From Candidatus Latescibacterota bacterium (GTDB taxonomy: Bacteria > Latescibacterota > UBA2968 > UBA8231): 64,000 bases of DNA. The stretch spans positions 8,240 to 72,239 of the forward strand of contig JAYZFI010000031.1 of assembly GCA_036336855.1 (NCBI GenBank), in the 5' to 3' direction. Position numbers and translations under genes: made by a program. Of this stretch, positions 41,258-50,805 are shown piece after piece (positions within the stretch are counted from its first letter, which is position 1; every line of letters begins with the position of its first letter). The notes beneath the pieces are model-generated. The model was not told the origin of the DNA and did no database searches. It saw nothing but the letters and a program-made list of their open reading frames with translations.

Positions 41258-42415
41258 ATGAAGATTCACGAGTTTCAGGCAAAGGAACTGCTGCGTGGCT
41301 ACGGCGTGGCTGTACCTGAGGGCCGGGTTGCGCGCACTCCGGAAGAGGTGCGGCAGGCTGCCGAGGAACTCGGAGGTCGGGTGGTCGTAAAGGCCCAGAT
41401 TCACGCCGGGGGGCGCGGCACGGGCGGCGGCTTTAAGCTGGCCGAGAGCGCTCTGGTGGCGCAGCAAGCGGCCGGGGACATTCTCGGGATGCAGTTGGTG
41501 ACCCACCAGACCGGCCCGGAAGGACAGAAGGTGAAGCAGGTGCTGGTGGAACAGGCTGGCGATATCGCCCGTGAGCTATACCTAGGAATCACCTTGGACC
41601 GGGCGCAGAGTAAGATGGTGGTCATGGCCAGCCAAGAAGGCGGTGTCGAAATCGAAGAAGTAGCCCTGAAGACGCCCGAAAAAATCCTGCGTCAGATCGT
41701 GCATCCGGGCCTGGGCCTGCAGGCCTTTCAGGCGACACGACTCGCCTTCGGCCTGGGTCTGGAGGGCAAGGCGGTGCGCGATGGCGCCAAGCTGATCATG
41801 GCGCTGTACCAGGCGGTGGACGGCACCGATTGCTCGTTGGCCGAGATCAACCCGCTGGTGGTCACCGGAGATGGCCAGGTTATGGCCTTAGACGCCAAGA
41901 TCAACCTTGACGACAACGCCCTGTACCGGCACAAAGAACTGGCCGAGCTGCGCGACCTCGACGAGGAAGAGCCCCTCGAAGCCGAAGCCTCGAAATACGA
42001 CCTCAATTATATCAAGCTCGACGGCAACATTGGATGCATGGTCAACGGTGCGGGTTTGGCTATGGCGACAATGGACATCATCAAGATTACAGGTGGGGAG
42101 CCGGCGAATTTCCTCGATGTCGGCGGTGGCGCCAGTGCCGAAACTGTGGAGAACGGCTTCCGCATTCTTCTGTCCGATCCCAACGTGAAGGCGATCCTCA
42201 TCAATATCTTCGGTGGCATTGTGCGCTGCGACCGCGTCGCCGAAGGGGTGATTCAGGCGCGCAAGAAAATTGACGTGCAAGTTCCCATCGTGGTTCGCCT
42301 CGCCGGCACCAACGCCGACATCGCGGCGAAAATGCTGGAAGAGTCGGGTCTCAACCTCACCGTGGGTGAGGGCCTGAAGGACGCGGCGCGGAAAGCGGTG
42401 GAGGTGCTGTCATGA
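41258..42415 (+). CDS. sucC: Succinyl-CoA synthetase beta subunit
   Basis: Trimmed to the ATG at 41258 ([17 protein letters not shown]...). ATP-grasp domain, [18 protein letters not shown]. Confidence 0.95.
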   Translation: MKIHEFQAKELLRGYGVAVPEGRVARTPEEVRQAAEELGGRVVVKAQIHAGGRGTGGGFKLAESALVAQQAAGDILGMQLVTHQTGPEGQKVKQVLVEQAGDIARELYLGITLDRAQSKMVVMASQEGGVEIEEVALKTPEKILRQIVHPGLGLQAFQATRLAFGLGLEGKAVRDGAKLIMALYQAVDGTDCSLAEINPLVVTGDGQVMALDAKINLDDNALYRHKELAELRDLDEEEPLEAEASKYDLNYIKLDGNIGCMVNGAGLAMATMDIIKITGGEPANFLDVGGGASAETVENGFRILLSDPNVKAILINIFGGIVRCDRVAEGVIQARKKIDVQVPIVVRLAGTNADIAAKMLEESGLNLTVGEGLKDAARKAVEVLS

Positions 42416-43287
42416 GCGTACTCGTGCACAAGGACACCAAAGTCTTCGTCCAAGCGATCACCGGCTCGGAAGGCTCCTTCCACACTAAACAGATGATCGA
42501 GTACGGCAGCCTAGTGGTGGGCGGTTCGACGCCCGGCAAAGGCGGCCAGCAGTTCGAAGGATTGCCCGTATTCAACACTGCCGCCGAAGGAGTGGACGCA
42601 ACTGGCGCCAACGCCTCGGTCATCTTCGTGCCACCGCCCTTTGCCGCCGACGCCATCATGGAAGCGGCCGACGCCGGCATCGATCTCGTAGTCTGTATCA
42701 CTGAAGGCATTCCCGCCAACAACATGGTGCAGGTCTACGAGTTTTTGCGCGACCGTCCCACCCGGCTGGTGGGGCCGAACTGCCCGGGGGTGATCTCACC
42801 CGGGAAATGCAAGATCGGCATTATGCCCGGCTTCATTCATACGGAGGGGTCGATCGGCGTCATTTCCCGTTCCGGGACTCTCACCTATGAAGCGGTGGGG
42901 CAGCTGTCCGAGCGCGGCCTCGGCCAGTCGACCTGTATCGGTATAGGTGGCGATCCGGTAATCGGCACTACCTTCCTCGATGCTTTCCAGCTGTTCGCCC
43001 AAGACGACGAGACCGAAGCGGTGGTCATGATCGGTGAGATCGGCGGCAGCTCCGAAGAGACCGCCGCCGCTTGGGTAAAAGAGAATTACAATTGCCCGGT
43101 GATCGGCTTCATTGCTGGCCGCACCGCCCCCCCAGGGCGCCGCATGGGCCACGCCGGCGCCATAGTCTCCGGCGGCCAAGGAACGGCGGAGGGCAAGATG
43201 AAGACGATGACGGAAGCCGGCATCCACGTCTGCGAGAGCCCAGCGCAGATCGGCGAGACAGTGGCCAAGGCGCTGGGACGACGCTAG
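42412..43287 (+). CDS. sucD: Succinyl-CoA synthetase alpha subunit
   Basis: 291 aa; ATGA overlap with suc[35 protein letters not shown], and the phosphohistidine loop MGHAGAIV. Confidence 0.95.
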   Translation: MSVLVHKDTKVFVQAITGSEGSFHTKQMIEYGSLVVGGSTPGKGGQQFEGLPVFNTAAEGVDATGANASVIFVPPPFAADAIMEAADAGIDLVVCITEGIPANNMVQVYEFLRDRPTRLVGPNCPGVISPGKCKIGIMPGFIHTEGSIGVISRSGTLTYEAVGQLSERGLGQSTCIGIGGDPVIGTTFLDAFQLFAQDDETEAVVMIGEIGGSSEETAAAWVKENYNCPVIGFIAGRTAPPGRRMGHAGAIVSGGQGTAEGKMKTMTEAGIHVCESPAQIGETVAKALGRR

Positions 43288-43348
43288 CGCACAGCCGATT
43301 CCAATGGGATCGGGCCTCCGGCATCACCGCTGGTGCCCTATTGTCGTT

Positions 43349-44194
43349 CTAAGGGGTCCACCAACTGGAGCGTGCGGACACATCCCGCAGGGCGTAGGGT
43401 GACAACAGTGGCATCACAGGTACCGTCGTGCGTAGCCACAGCAGGCCCACCACCAAGGCGACGGCACCGCAAATCCACACGACCAGCGGCACCGGGTTCA
43501 TCGCTCCCAGCCAGTCAACGCCGGTGTGAGCGCGCACGTTCACGGCGACCACGGAGAGCAGGTTGTTGGCGGCATGGGCGAGCACAGCCGGGTAGACGCT
43601 GTGGGTCCACATGACGACGACGGCGAGGAAGACGCCGATGAGGAAGAGCGCGGGAAATTGCCAGGGATTTACGTGCACGGTAGCAAACAGCAGGGCGGAA
43701 ACGACGACGGCGACAATGGTGTCGCAGTGAAAACGTAGGCTGGTGAGCGCGAAGCCGCGAAAGAACGCCTCCTCACAGATCGCTGGTAGCGCCACCACCG
43801 AAACCAGCACTGGCACAGCCGCCCACGGGCTCTCGATGAGCTGCAACTCCAAGACGAAATGCAGCATCCCCCCCGGTGGGCCCAGGTCGAAGCTGGCCAG
43901 CCAGTGTGCAAACCGGCGATCGAGATCGCTGACGACGATGGCGAAACCAGCCGCAGCCAGCGGCGCTGCCAGCAGGCCGCGCGCCGGCGTCGCGTTCAGC
44001 AGCAGCAGATCCTCGGTCAGCCAGCCGCGTCGCCGAGTGGCAAACAGGGCGATGGCGACGGCAACGAGCTCCGCGGCCATCAAGCCCAGGTGTGAGTTGA
44101 GCTCGGCGAACAGGGGATACACGAGGAACTGCGTCAGCAGGAAGGCCAACCCGGTCACGCCGAGGACAAGACGTAACGGAGGGTAGCCGGGCAT
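43349..44194 (-). CDS. CPBP family intramembrane glutamic endopeptidase (CAAX protease-like)
   Basis: Trimmed to the ATG at 44194 (MPGYPPLRLV...). The family motifs EEAFFRGF, FATVH and HAANN are present. Multi-TM. Confidence 0.8.
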   Translation of the reverse strand: MPGYPPLRLVLGVTGLAFLLTQFLVYPLFAELNSHLGLMAAELVAVAIALFATRRRGWLTEDLLLLNATPARGLLAAPLAAAGFAIVVSDLDRRFAHWLASFDLGPPGGMLHFVLELQLIESPWAAVPVLVSVVALPAICEEAFFRGFALTSLRFHCDTIVAVVVSALLFATVHVNPWQFPALFLIGVFLAVVVMWTHSVYPAVLAHAANNLLSVVAVNVRAHTGVDWLGAMNPVPLVVWICGAVALVVGLLWLRTTVPVMPLLSPYALRDVSARSSWWTP

Positions 44195-44207
44195 GGATGG
44201 GCGCGGG

Positions 44208-44702
44208 TTACTCGGTGACGAAGTGCAGCTTACGGTTGTGGCAGGTGCCACAATTGAGGGGCCCATCGGGCAGAGACAGGGTCTTGCGGCTCGTGGTGGG
44301 CGCGATCTTTGTGTCTTTCGGCGTCTGCACGACCGTGAGGTGGATGCCGGCGTCGTCGCCCGTGGCAGTGTACACGGCGGAGATCACTACCCGCTTGTCC
44401 TCTTCGTCGATGGAGACCTCCCCGGTGCCCTTGGCGGCGAGATTGTCGACGATGAGCTTCATCTGGCGCGCCACTTCCTTGTGGGCGGTTTCGATCTTGT
44501 AGTTGATACGACCGTCCTCCTTCACGTGGCAGTACAAACAGCTCTTCACGCCGATGGCACGCGACACCTGCTTCATGGCGCGCACGGTACCCACGTAGTC
44601 GTCGGCCCAGATGGTGGCGCCGTCCTCGTTGGCAGACGATGGGGTGGGAAGGAGGGGAAAGGTGGCGAGCATCACGGCTGCCGCCAAACACAGCCTCAGC
44701 AT
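44208..44702 (-). CDS. Secreted diheme c-type cytochrome
   Basis: 164 aa. Signal peptide MLRLCLAAAVMLATFPLL and two CxxCH motifs (CLYCH, CGTCH). Confidence 0.75.
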   Translation of the reverse strand: MLRLCLAAAVMLATFPLLPTPSSANEDGATIWADDYVGTVRAMKQVSRAIGVKSCLYCHVKEDGRINYKIETAHKEVARQMKLIVDNLAAKGTGEVSIDEEDKRVVISAVYTATGDDAGIHLTVVQTPKDTKIAPTTSRKTLSLPDGPLNCGTCHNRKLHFVTE

Positions 44703-44786
44703 GGCATCTCATCGGTGAAGAGATCAGCACCAGAAAACCAGCGCATAGGATAGGCCGGTATTCGACCTTGAGCCAAAACCGTCGGG

Positions 44787-45716
44787 TTATACAACGGTGT
44801 CCGGTCGGGAGGGGGACAGAAAGCCCCGGGTGCGTTCCGCCCACCACAAGTAGTCAAAGAACAGGTCGGGAACGAACAACGACTGTGCCCCCAAGACGGT
44901 AGCCCGCACCGAGGCCAGCACCCACCGGTGCAAGGCGGCCCGCAGTAGCAGCCGACGTGGGTGCAGCGCGGGCAGCTCGAGAAAATCCACGTGTAACAGG
45001 CCGGCGAGCTCCGGGTGCTTGGACAATAAATGGCGGAGGCCGGTCTCGCCGTAGGTGCGCATAGCGCGACACATGCCGTCCAGGGATCGGAACTGGTGGT
45101 GGAGGGAAACGGCGTCCGGCTCGTGACAAACCCGTGCACCGAGCTGGTACAGTCGGTAGCCGAGTTCGAGATCTTCTCCACCGTAAGTGGAGAAGATCTC
45201 GTCGAAGAGACCCGCCTCGTGCAAGAGCCAACGGGGTACCGACGAGTTCCCGGTGACGAAGCACTTGAACGGGACATCGCCGCGGCCGAAGTGAGCCACG
45301 CCGCGGCTGTGGATGTAGCGGGTGAGGGGGATCGACGGCACGTGCGCGGCCCAGCGGATCTCACCCACGGCGATGGCGCGATCACCGTCGTGAAAGCGAT
45401 CATGGGCGACGAGAAAGCCGGGCTGCACGGTCATGTCTCCGTCGAGGAAGACGACGATCTCACCGGTGGCAGTGCCGATGCCGGTGTTGCGGGCGGCGGC
45501 GCGACCACGATTGCGGTCGAAGTGCATGGTGGTCAGACTGAAGGGCGCAGTAAGGCCGTCGAGGGTGGAGCTGTCAAACCCTGGCGAACCGTCGTCGATG
45601 ACGATGATCTCGGCGCCGCTGGCGGGATACTCCTGCTCGGCGAGACTGCGAAGAGTCTGCGACAACAGGTCTTGGGCGCCGTAACTGGGTATAACCACGG
45701 AGAGTCGGGGGGCCAT
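44787..45716 (-). CDS. Glycosyltransferase family 2
   Basis: 309 aa. LSVVIPSYGAQDLLSQTLRSLAEQ, IIVIDDGSP, and the DxD motif in VFLDGDM. Confidence 0.85.
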   Translation of the reverse strand: MAPRLSVVIPSYGAQDLLSQTLRSLAEQEYPASGAEIIVIDDGSPGFDSSTLDGLTAPFSLTTMHFDRNRGRAAARNTGIGTATGEIVVFLDGDMTVQPGFLVAHDRFHDGDRAIAVGEIRWAAHVPSIPLTRYIHSRGVAHFGRGDVPFKCFVTGNSSVPRWLLHEAGLFDEIFSTYGGEDLELGYRLYQLGARVCHEPDAVSLHHQFRSLDGMCRAMRTYGETGLRHLLSKHPELAGLLHVDFLELPALHPRRLLLRAALHRWVLASVRATVLGAQSLFVPDLFFDYLWWAERTRGFLSPSRPDTVV

Positions 45717-45734
45717 GTCAGCGAAAATTCCTTT

Positions 45735-46853
45735 TCACAGGTCGGCGTAAACCTCGAGCAGACGCGTCTCCTCGCGCTCCCAGCAGTAGTCGGTCGCGGA
45801 CCGTCGGGCCGCGCCGGCCATCTCGGCGCGGCGCTCGGGTGCGTCGAACAGCTGCTCAAGCGTTCGCGCGATGGAGCGCGGATCGAGGGGATCTACGACG
45901 ATCCCAGCTCCGGTTTTTTCGATGACGTCGCGAATAGCGGGGGTGTTTCCGGCGACTACGGGTAGACCGGCGAGTAGGTACTCGAAGAGTTTGTTCGGCA
46001 AGGACCAGAGAAAACTGCCCCCCGTCGGACGGATTACGCAAAGCCCCAGATCCACGGAGCAGGTGTACTCGTGCAGCCGTGCGAAGGGCACGCGTGGCAG
46101 CAGGTGAACGCGGTCGTTAAGGCGAAGCTCCTCGATACGCTGGCGTAGCAGAGGCTCCGTGGGTCCACCACCCAGCAGCACGAGGTCGCCATTGGTCACG
46201 GTGGCCATAGCTTCGATTTGCTGCACCAGACCGTTGTCGGTGAGGAATCCCCCTTGGTAGAGCGCCACCGGCCGCTCGCTCGACAGTTGCAGGGCGTCGC
46301 GCACACAGGTGGAGGCCACTGGCCCGCGGAAAGGGGGCAGATTGCGGACCACCGCCACCGGCCTCGGTGGCCGGTAGCGCTCCTGCAAGCGCCGGGCAAT
46401 GGGCTCGCTCACCGTCACAATGCGGGAGACGTGCCGGATTAGTCGGCGTTCCAACAGACACCAAAATCCGCGCACGCCGCGCCGGCCCACCAGCGAAGAC
46501 TGCTCCGTCCACAGCTCGTGAGAATCGTAAATCAGGGGTCGGCCTCGGCGCCTCGCCGCCCGCGCCGCCGGGAGCAACGCGTCAAGGTCGTGGGCGTGAT
46601 AGACGTCGGCGTCGGCCCGGAACGCGAGATCCGTCGCCCGCTTCCAGAAATCGGGGTAGCTGCGCCGCAGCCGACCGGGATCCACAGGGATGAGTTCGAT
46701 TTCCACCCCATTCCAACTTGCCGGCAGCGGCTGCGGGCAGAACTGGCTGGCGATCAAGTGCACATGGTGTCCGGCGCTCAAGAGCGTCTGCACCTCGCGG
46801 TACACGCGGAAGTCGTAGGCGAGGTCGCTGAAAACGACCATACAGACGAGCAT
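45735..46853 (-). CDS. Glycosyltransferase family 4 (GT-B)
   Basis: 372 aa. The C-terminal region PNKLFEYLLAGLPVVAGNTPAIRDVI is typical of GT1/GT4 enzymes (E-x7-E-like). Confidence 0.8.
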   Translation of the reverse strand: MLVCMVVFSDLAYDFRVYREVQTLLSAGHHVHLIASQFCPQPLPASWNGVEIELIPVDPGRLRRSYPDFWKRATDLAFRADADVYHAHDLDALLPAARAARRRGRPLIYDSHELWTEQSSLVGRRGVRGFWCLLERRLIRHVSRIVTVSEPIARRLQERYRPPRPVAVVRNLPPFRGPVASTCVRDALQLSSERPVALYQGGFLTDNGLVQQIEAMATVTNGDLVLLGGGPTEPLLRQRIEELRLNDRVHLLPRVPFARLHEYTCSVDLGLCVIRPTGGSFLWSLPNKLFEYLLAGLPVVAGNTPAIRDVIEKTGAGIVVDPLDPRSIARTLEQLFDAPERRAEMAGAARRSATDYCWEREETRLLEVYADL

Positions 46854-46943
46854 CGGCTTGGATCAGGTCAGGATGATAGGGCGGAGCATGGAGTAACAGT
46901 TGGCCCCGCGACCCTCAGCATAGGGGAGAGTGGGGGGAACGAG

Positions 46944-46979
46944 GGAAAACGAAAACAGCCCGATGGAATCACCGGGCTG
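46944..46979 (-). terminator. Candidate intrinsic terminator (minus strand) in the 468-bp spacer
   Basis: The minus strand reads CAGCCCG-gtgattccat-CGGGCTG (perfect 7-bp stem, 10-nt loop) followed by TTTTCGTTTTCC. Confidence 0.45.
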
Positions 46980-47256
46980 GCTCCTACGCCTGAGAGCGCG
47001 AAAAAAGTGAGTGTGGCGACCTCTGGGGTGCGATCACCAATCGTCGCCAAGATCCCCTAACGAGGCAAGTGAGGAGGTTCGGGGACAGCGATCTCGAGCC
47101 CCGAAAAAGGGGCGCATAGACCTGTCTGGGAAGGCCGACTAAAAAACACAGTTGCGCGAGTATGCTGCCACACCCAGATACATCGCAACCCTCTGTTTTA
47201 GCATAGGTTAAAGAGCTCTAAAGAAAGCCACTTAAACCCCACTCCACAGCGTCTCC

Positions 47257-47285
47257 AATGTACTCGGGACCCCTGGGAAAGTCAA
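47257..47285 (-). promoter_or_regulatory. Candidate promoter (minus strand) in the 468-bp spacer
   Basis: The minus strand reads TTGACT (47285-47280)-N17-TACATT (47262-47257). It would fire toward the terminator candidate about 300 nt downstream and the GT4 gene about 400 nt downstream. Confidence 0.35.
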
Positions 47286-47321
47286 GAAATCGGCCTCCGC
47301 TTAGAGATCCGGAAGGGGCGA

Positions 47322-47816
47322 TCAGTTGGAGGTGGCCCCGGCCGTCTGGGAGTTGCCGGAATTAGAATCCGGCGTCAACCGCTGTCGCTCGCGGGTGTCG
47401 AGAACTTCGAGCACTTTGTGATGCACGAAGGGGTTGGTGTCGCGCAGGGCGAGCTTGAGGTACTTGTTGGCCAAATCTGGGTCCATTGTACCCAGGGTTT
47501 CGACAATCTGCAGTCGCAGACCGGGGTCGCGATCCTTAAGGGATACACCGAGGACGCGTGCCACCTCTTTGCGGGTGCCCTTGTCGGGGCTCTGGGAGAG
47601 CAGACCCAGAAGGAGCACGGCGTCGGCTCGTACCTTGACGTCGGGATCGTGCAGCGCGCGGATCAACACGTCGGTGGTCTTCACCTCCTTCTCCTTACCG
47701 AGGATGGGCAGGTAGCGGATCGGAAGCATGGTACGCAGTCCGCATCCCGATGTGAGGGCGAGGAGCAGGCCGCAGATCGCGAGGGGCCGAAGCCACTGTG
47801 GGAAGAGTGATCTCAT
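47322..47816 (-). CDS. HEAT-repeat lipoprotein
   Basis: Trimmed to the ATG at 47816 (MRSLFPQWLRPLAICGLLLALTSGCG; lipobox LTSGC). HEAT-like repeats ALHDPDVKVRADAVLLLG, LKDRDPGLRLQIVETLG, ALRDTNPFVHHKVLEVL. Confidence 0.7.
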   Translation of the reverse strand: MRSLFPQWLRPLAICGLLLALTSGCGLRTMLPIRYLPILGKEKEVKTTDVLIRALHDPDVKVRADAVLLLGLLSQSPDKGTRKEVARVLGVSLKDRDPGLRLQIVETLGTMDPDLANKYLKLALRDTNPFVHHKVLEVLDTRERQRLTPDSNSGNSQTAGATSN

Positions 47817-47873
47817 GTTGTAGTATATCGGCTGAAGTTTCTCTGACCTCCACAAGAACAGTTGGTTCGTTGC

Positions 47874-48335
47874 TCAACGAACGCTGGTCGGCAGGCGGAA
47901 ATCGCCACGTTGAATGGCGATCTCTAGCTCTCTGTGGAAGACGGAGTCCAGATGGCTGGTCATTTTCCAGCCTTCGGGATCGCGGAGAAAATAGATGAAG
48001 GGGCTTTCTTTGTCCGAGGACAAAGTGTTGATGTCGAACAACAGATAGCCCAGGCTGGAACTGAGCTCCTTTTCCTCCACGATCTGACGGCGATTGGCAT
48101 CATCGAGCCGGTGCTGCCTCGACTTCGACCACTCTGCTTCCCAGGTGGCGAAGTCGCCCCCGTACTCCTGGTCGCGGTAGCTGGCGCTGAAGCACTCCCA
48201 AGTCGTAAGGGCGTCGTCGGCATGCAGAGCCCGCTGGTAGTGCTGATAGGTGTTGGCGGGGGACAGATAGGAAGTCCGGGTTTCGTTGCTGCAAGCTCCC
48301 AGCAACAGAGCCGCGATGAGGAACGTACGAATCAC
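47874..48335 (-). CDS. Hypothetical lipoprotein
   Basis: 153 aa. MIRTFLIAALLLGACS has a lipobox (LLGAC). The GTG start overlaps the stop of the upstream BFN gene (GTGA). No family recognised. Confidence 0.65.
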   Translation of the reverse strand: MIRTFLIAALLLGACSNETRTSYLSPANTYQHYQRALHADDALTTWECFSASYRDQEYGGDFATWEAEWSKSRQHRLDDANRRQIVEEKELSSSLGYLLFDINTLSSDKESPFIYFLRDPEGWKMTSHLDSVFHRELEIAIQRGDFRLPTSVR

Positions 48336-49024
48336 GAGCCGGTGCTCTTCACTCGCTCGATCTTGTCTCGTAGCAAGGCCGCCTCTTCGTACTCTTCGCA
48401 GATCACGGCCTGGTGGAGGAGGTGCTCTAGTTGCGTCAGGATGTCGTCTTCGGCGGAAGGCGCCTCGGGTTCGGATACCTCGTCTTCTACAACTGTCGAG
48501 CTGCTTTCGAGAATCTGTGGCTCGAGGTCGTAGAACCGGGAGATGGTGCGCTCCACCTTGGCTTCGTCCGGTGCCGAAGAGACGCTAGCGCAATCGAGGA
48601 TCTCGTTGGTGACAAAGATCGGCGCCTGAGTGCGGAGAGCTAGCGCGATGCCGTCGCTGGGACGGCAGTCGACGTCGCACAGGCGGGACTCGTGCTCGAC
48701 AACGATGACGGCCTCGAAGATCTGGCCCGCCACCGAGTGGACGACGACGCGGCGCACAGGGATGGACAGCTCGTCGAGGAGCGCCGTGAACAGATCGTAG
48801 GAGATGGGACGCAGGGGCTGCTCGCCGGCCAGGTTCATCTGCACCGCCGCCGCCTCGAACTCGCCGACGGCGATGGGTAGGAGCCGGGGCATATCGCCCT
48901 CTTTTTCACACAGCCAGATCAGGGGTTTCTCGGCACGGAGGAAGGGGCTCACCTTGACCACCGACATCTCTACCAGTGCTCTGCGCTTTCGGGAAGTCTT
49001 GTTCCCTGCCATGGGCTCGATCAC
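48332..49024 (-). CDS. Bifunctional nuclease (BFN/DUF151) domain protein with C-terminal UVR motif, copy 1
   Basis: 230 aa. BFN-like core LLPIAVGEFEAAAVQMNLAGEQPLRPISYDLFTALLDE...DCRPSDGIALALRTQAPIFV. The C-terminal LHQAVICEEYEEAALLRDKIERV is a UvrB/C-type UVR motif. Confidence 0.75.
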   Translation of the reverse strand: MIEPMAGNKTSRKRRALVEMSVVKVSPFLRAEKPLIWLCEKEGDMPRLLPIAVGEFEAAAVQMNLAGEQPLRPISYDLFTALLDELSIPVRRVVVHSVAGQIFEAVIVVEHESRLCDVDCRPSDGIALALRTQAPIFVTNEILDCASVSSAPDEAKVERTISRFYDLEPQILESSSTVVEDEVSEPEAPSAEDDILTQLEHLLHQAVICEEYEEAALLRDKIERVKSTGS

Positions 49025-49084
49025 CGTAGGTTGTCAACGCGGGGCTTGTTATCTATCCCCCACCCATTCACTGTACGTAGCAGC

Positions 49085-49717
49085 TTACTCTGCGTCCAGA
49101 CGAGACAGGCGGTCGCGCAGACGTGCCGCCTCCTCATAAGCCTCTTCGGCTATCGCTTGGCGCAGGCGATTCTCCAGCTGTTGCCGCTCGGTAAGCGGCT
49201 GATCGGAGGCAGCGAAGATCTCTTCCAAGGTCACGCCGCCGGAGGGGAGGCTGAGCCCCGACGAATTCTCTTCGACGATGACCTCTGGACCGTCCTCTTC
49301 CTCCTCCCAATTTGGTCCTTCCTCGTCGTCGAGAACAGATTCGGCCGCGAAAATAGGTGCCCCCGAACGCAGCGCTAAAGCTATGGCATCGCTGGGACGG
49401 GAGTCGACGACACGGACCTCTCCGTTATCGGTGATTACCTGGACCTCGGCGTAATAGATGCCATCCTCCAAGGCGATAATGCTCACCTTGCCCACCCGCA
49501 CGCCGGCCTCGGCCAACAGCGAGCACGCCATGTCGTAGCTGAGCGGCCGCGCCGGCTCTTGACCGCGATGGGCTATGGCGATGGCGCGGGCCTCGGAGGG
49601 ACCAATGACGATATGGAGATTGGCGTCTCCGTCGCGCGCGCGGAGAACGACACGATGGTACGCTCGCGAGGAAATCTGGACGCGCTGGACCTGCATTTCA
49701 ACCATGTCGACATCCAT
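49085..49717 (-). CDS. Bifunctional nuclease (BFN/DUF151) domain protein with C-terminal UVR motif, copy 2
   Basis: Start uncertain: ATG at 49717 chosen, and the track ORF begins at 49792. Core IVIGPSEARAIAIAHRGQEPARPLSYDMACSLLAE...DSRPSDAIALALRSGAPIFA. C-terminal LRQAIAEEAYEEAARLRDRLSRL is a UVR motif. Confidence 0.7.
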   Translation of the reverse strand: MDVDMVEMQVQRVQISSRAYHRVVLRARDGDANLHIVIGPSEARAIAIAHRGQEPARPLSYDMACSLLAEAGVRVGKVSIIALEDGIYYAEVQVITDNGEVRVVDSRPSDAIALALRSGAPIFAAESVLDDEEGPNWEEEEDGPEVIVEENSSGLSLPSGGVTLEEIFAASDQPLTERQQLENRLRQAIAEEAYEEAARLRDRLSRLDAE

Positions 49718-49843
49718 CCGGGAGGATGTCGACGCAGCGGTTGAGGGCTGCAGCGGCGACATATAACACGGCTGAAAAAAGATCCTCAACAAACACGTAG
49801 GTATCCGAAATCATTGCAGACACGCATGAAATTCAAGGACGAT

Positions 49844-50017
49844 TCACGGCTTCGATTCCGAGCCCGATGCTGTTCCGGCGGCGCTCTGCTCGAGCTCGGA
49901 AAGGGAGCGTGCAAGATCACTGTGCCGTTGCTGAATGCGCCCCACGTAGGCGGCGATGAGGAGGAAGAATAGGCAGTAGGCGGTGGCCAAATAGGCAAAT
50001 CCGTGATCTTCACTCAT
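49844..50017 (-). CDS. ccmD: Heme exporter protein CcmD
   Basis: 57-aa product from the internal ATG at 50017 of track ORF 49844..50479: MSEDHGFAYLATAYCLFFLLIAAYVGRIQQRH... Single TM. Positioned after ccmC. Confidence 0.65.
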   Translation of the reverse strand: MSEDHGFAYLATAYCLFFLLIAAYVGRIQQRHSDLARSLSELEQSAAGTASGSESKP

Positions 50018-50094
50018 GGCCGGAACAATTTCCTTTGCAACCGGGTGGTGGCGAAAGTTGGTACCCTCGGAAAAGAAACATCTTACAAATTGGC

Positions 50095-50805
50095 TCAAGC
50101 CTGTTCGGCGAGGCGCAGCCGCAGTCGGTCGATGCGTGCCGCGAGTCGCTCCTGACGCAGCCGCAGGCGCATGAAATAGACGAACAGAAGCGCGAAGGCA
50201 GCATGGCAGAGGTACTTGGTTTGAGCCATCCCCGGTGCAAGATCGATCTTGGGAGGATGCAGCTGTTGATCGGCGGCCCACAGGTGAACGGCGTAGTGTA
50301 CGAGGGGCACGTTGACGAAGGCGATAACGCCGACCACAGCGGCGAAGCGCTGCGTGCGCTCGCCGGGTTCCCCGTAGGCGCGCACCATTGCGTAAGCGAC
50401 GTAGGTCGTAAAGGTGATGAGCATGGTGGTGAGTCGGGGCTCCCAGCGCCAATATACTCCCCAGATTGGCTTCGCCCACAGGGGTCCGGAGATGAGGACG
50501 AAGAGAGAGAACAGAATTCCCAATTCGGCGGCGATGCCGGCGAAGCGATCCCAGCGATCGTGGCGGTGCACCAGATAGCCAATGCTGCCGACGAAGACGA
50601 AGAAGTAGGCCGTCCCGGCGGTCAGTGCGGAAGAGACGTGGAAGTAGAAAATGCGCTGTACTGCACCCATCTGTCGCTCCGTCGGTGCGTAGAGGAAGAC
50701 GGCGAGCAAGGCGGCGACCATGGAGACGGCGACGGCGACGGAGAGACCGGTGTGGCGGACGGTTGTCGTCGAATTGGTGGTGGCGGGCGCAGCGGAGGCA
50801 GTCAT
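50095..50805 (-). CDS. ccmC: Heme exporter protein CcmC
   Basis: Trimmed to the ATG at 50805 (ATGA overlap with the ccmB stop). Trp-rich WWD-type loop WAKPIWGVYWRWEPRLT, and FYFHV with a conserved His. Confidence 0.88.
   Translation of the reverse strand: MTASAAPATTNSTTTVRHTGLSVAVAVSMVAALLAVFLYAPTERQMGAVQRIFYFHVSSALTAGTAYFFVFVGSIGYLVHRHDRWDRFAGIAAELGILFSLFVLISGPLWAKPIWGVYWRWEPRLTTMLITFTTYVAYAMVRAYGEPGERTQRFAAVVGVIAFVNVPLVHYAVHLWAADQQLHPPKIDLAPGMAQTKYLCHAAFALLFVYFMRLRLRQERLAARIDRLRLRLAEQA

Noticed and set aside
46861-46900. CAGGTCAGG motif reminiscent of SRP (4.5S) RNA domain IV
   Set aside because: The following sequence (ATGATAGGGCGGAGCA) does not match the conserved GGAAGGAAGCAGC core, and no complementary 3' strand is evident. 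I also checked the spacer by eye for RNase P RNA (GAGGAAAGTCC) and tmRNA termini, and found neither.
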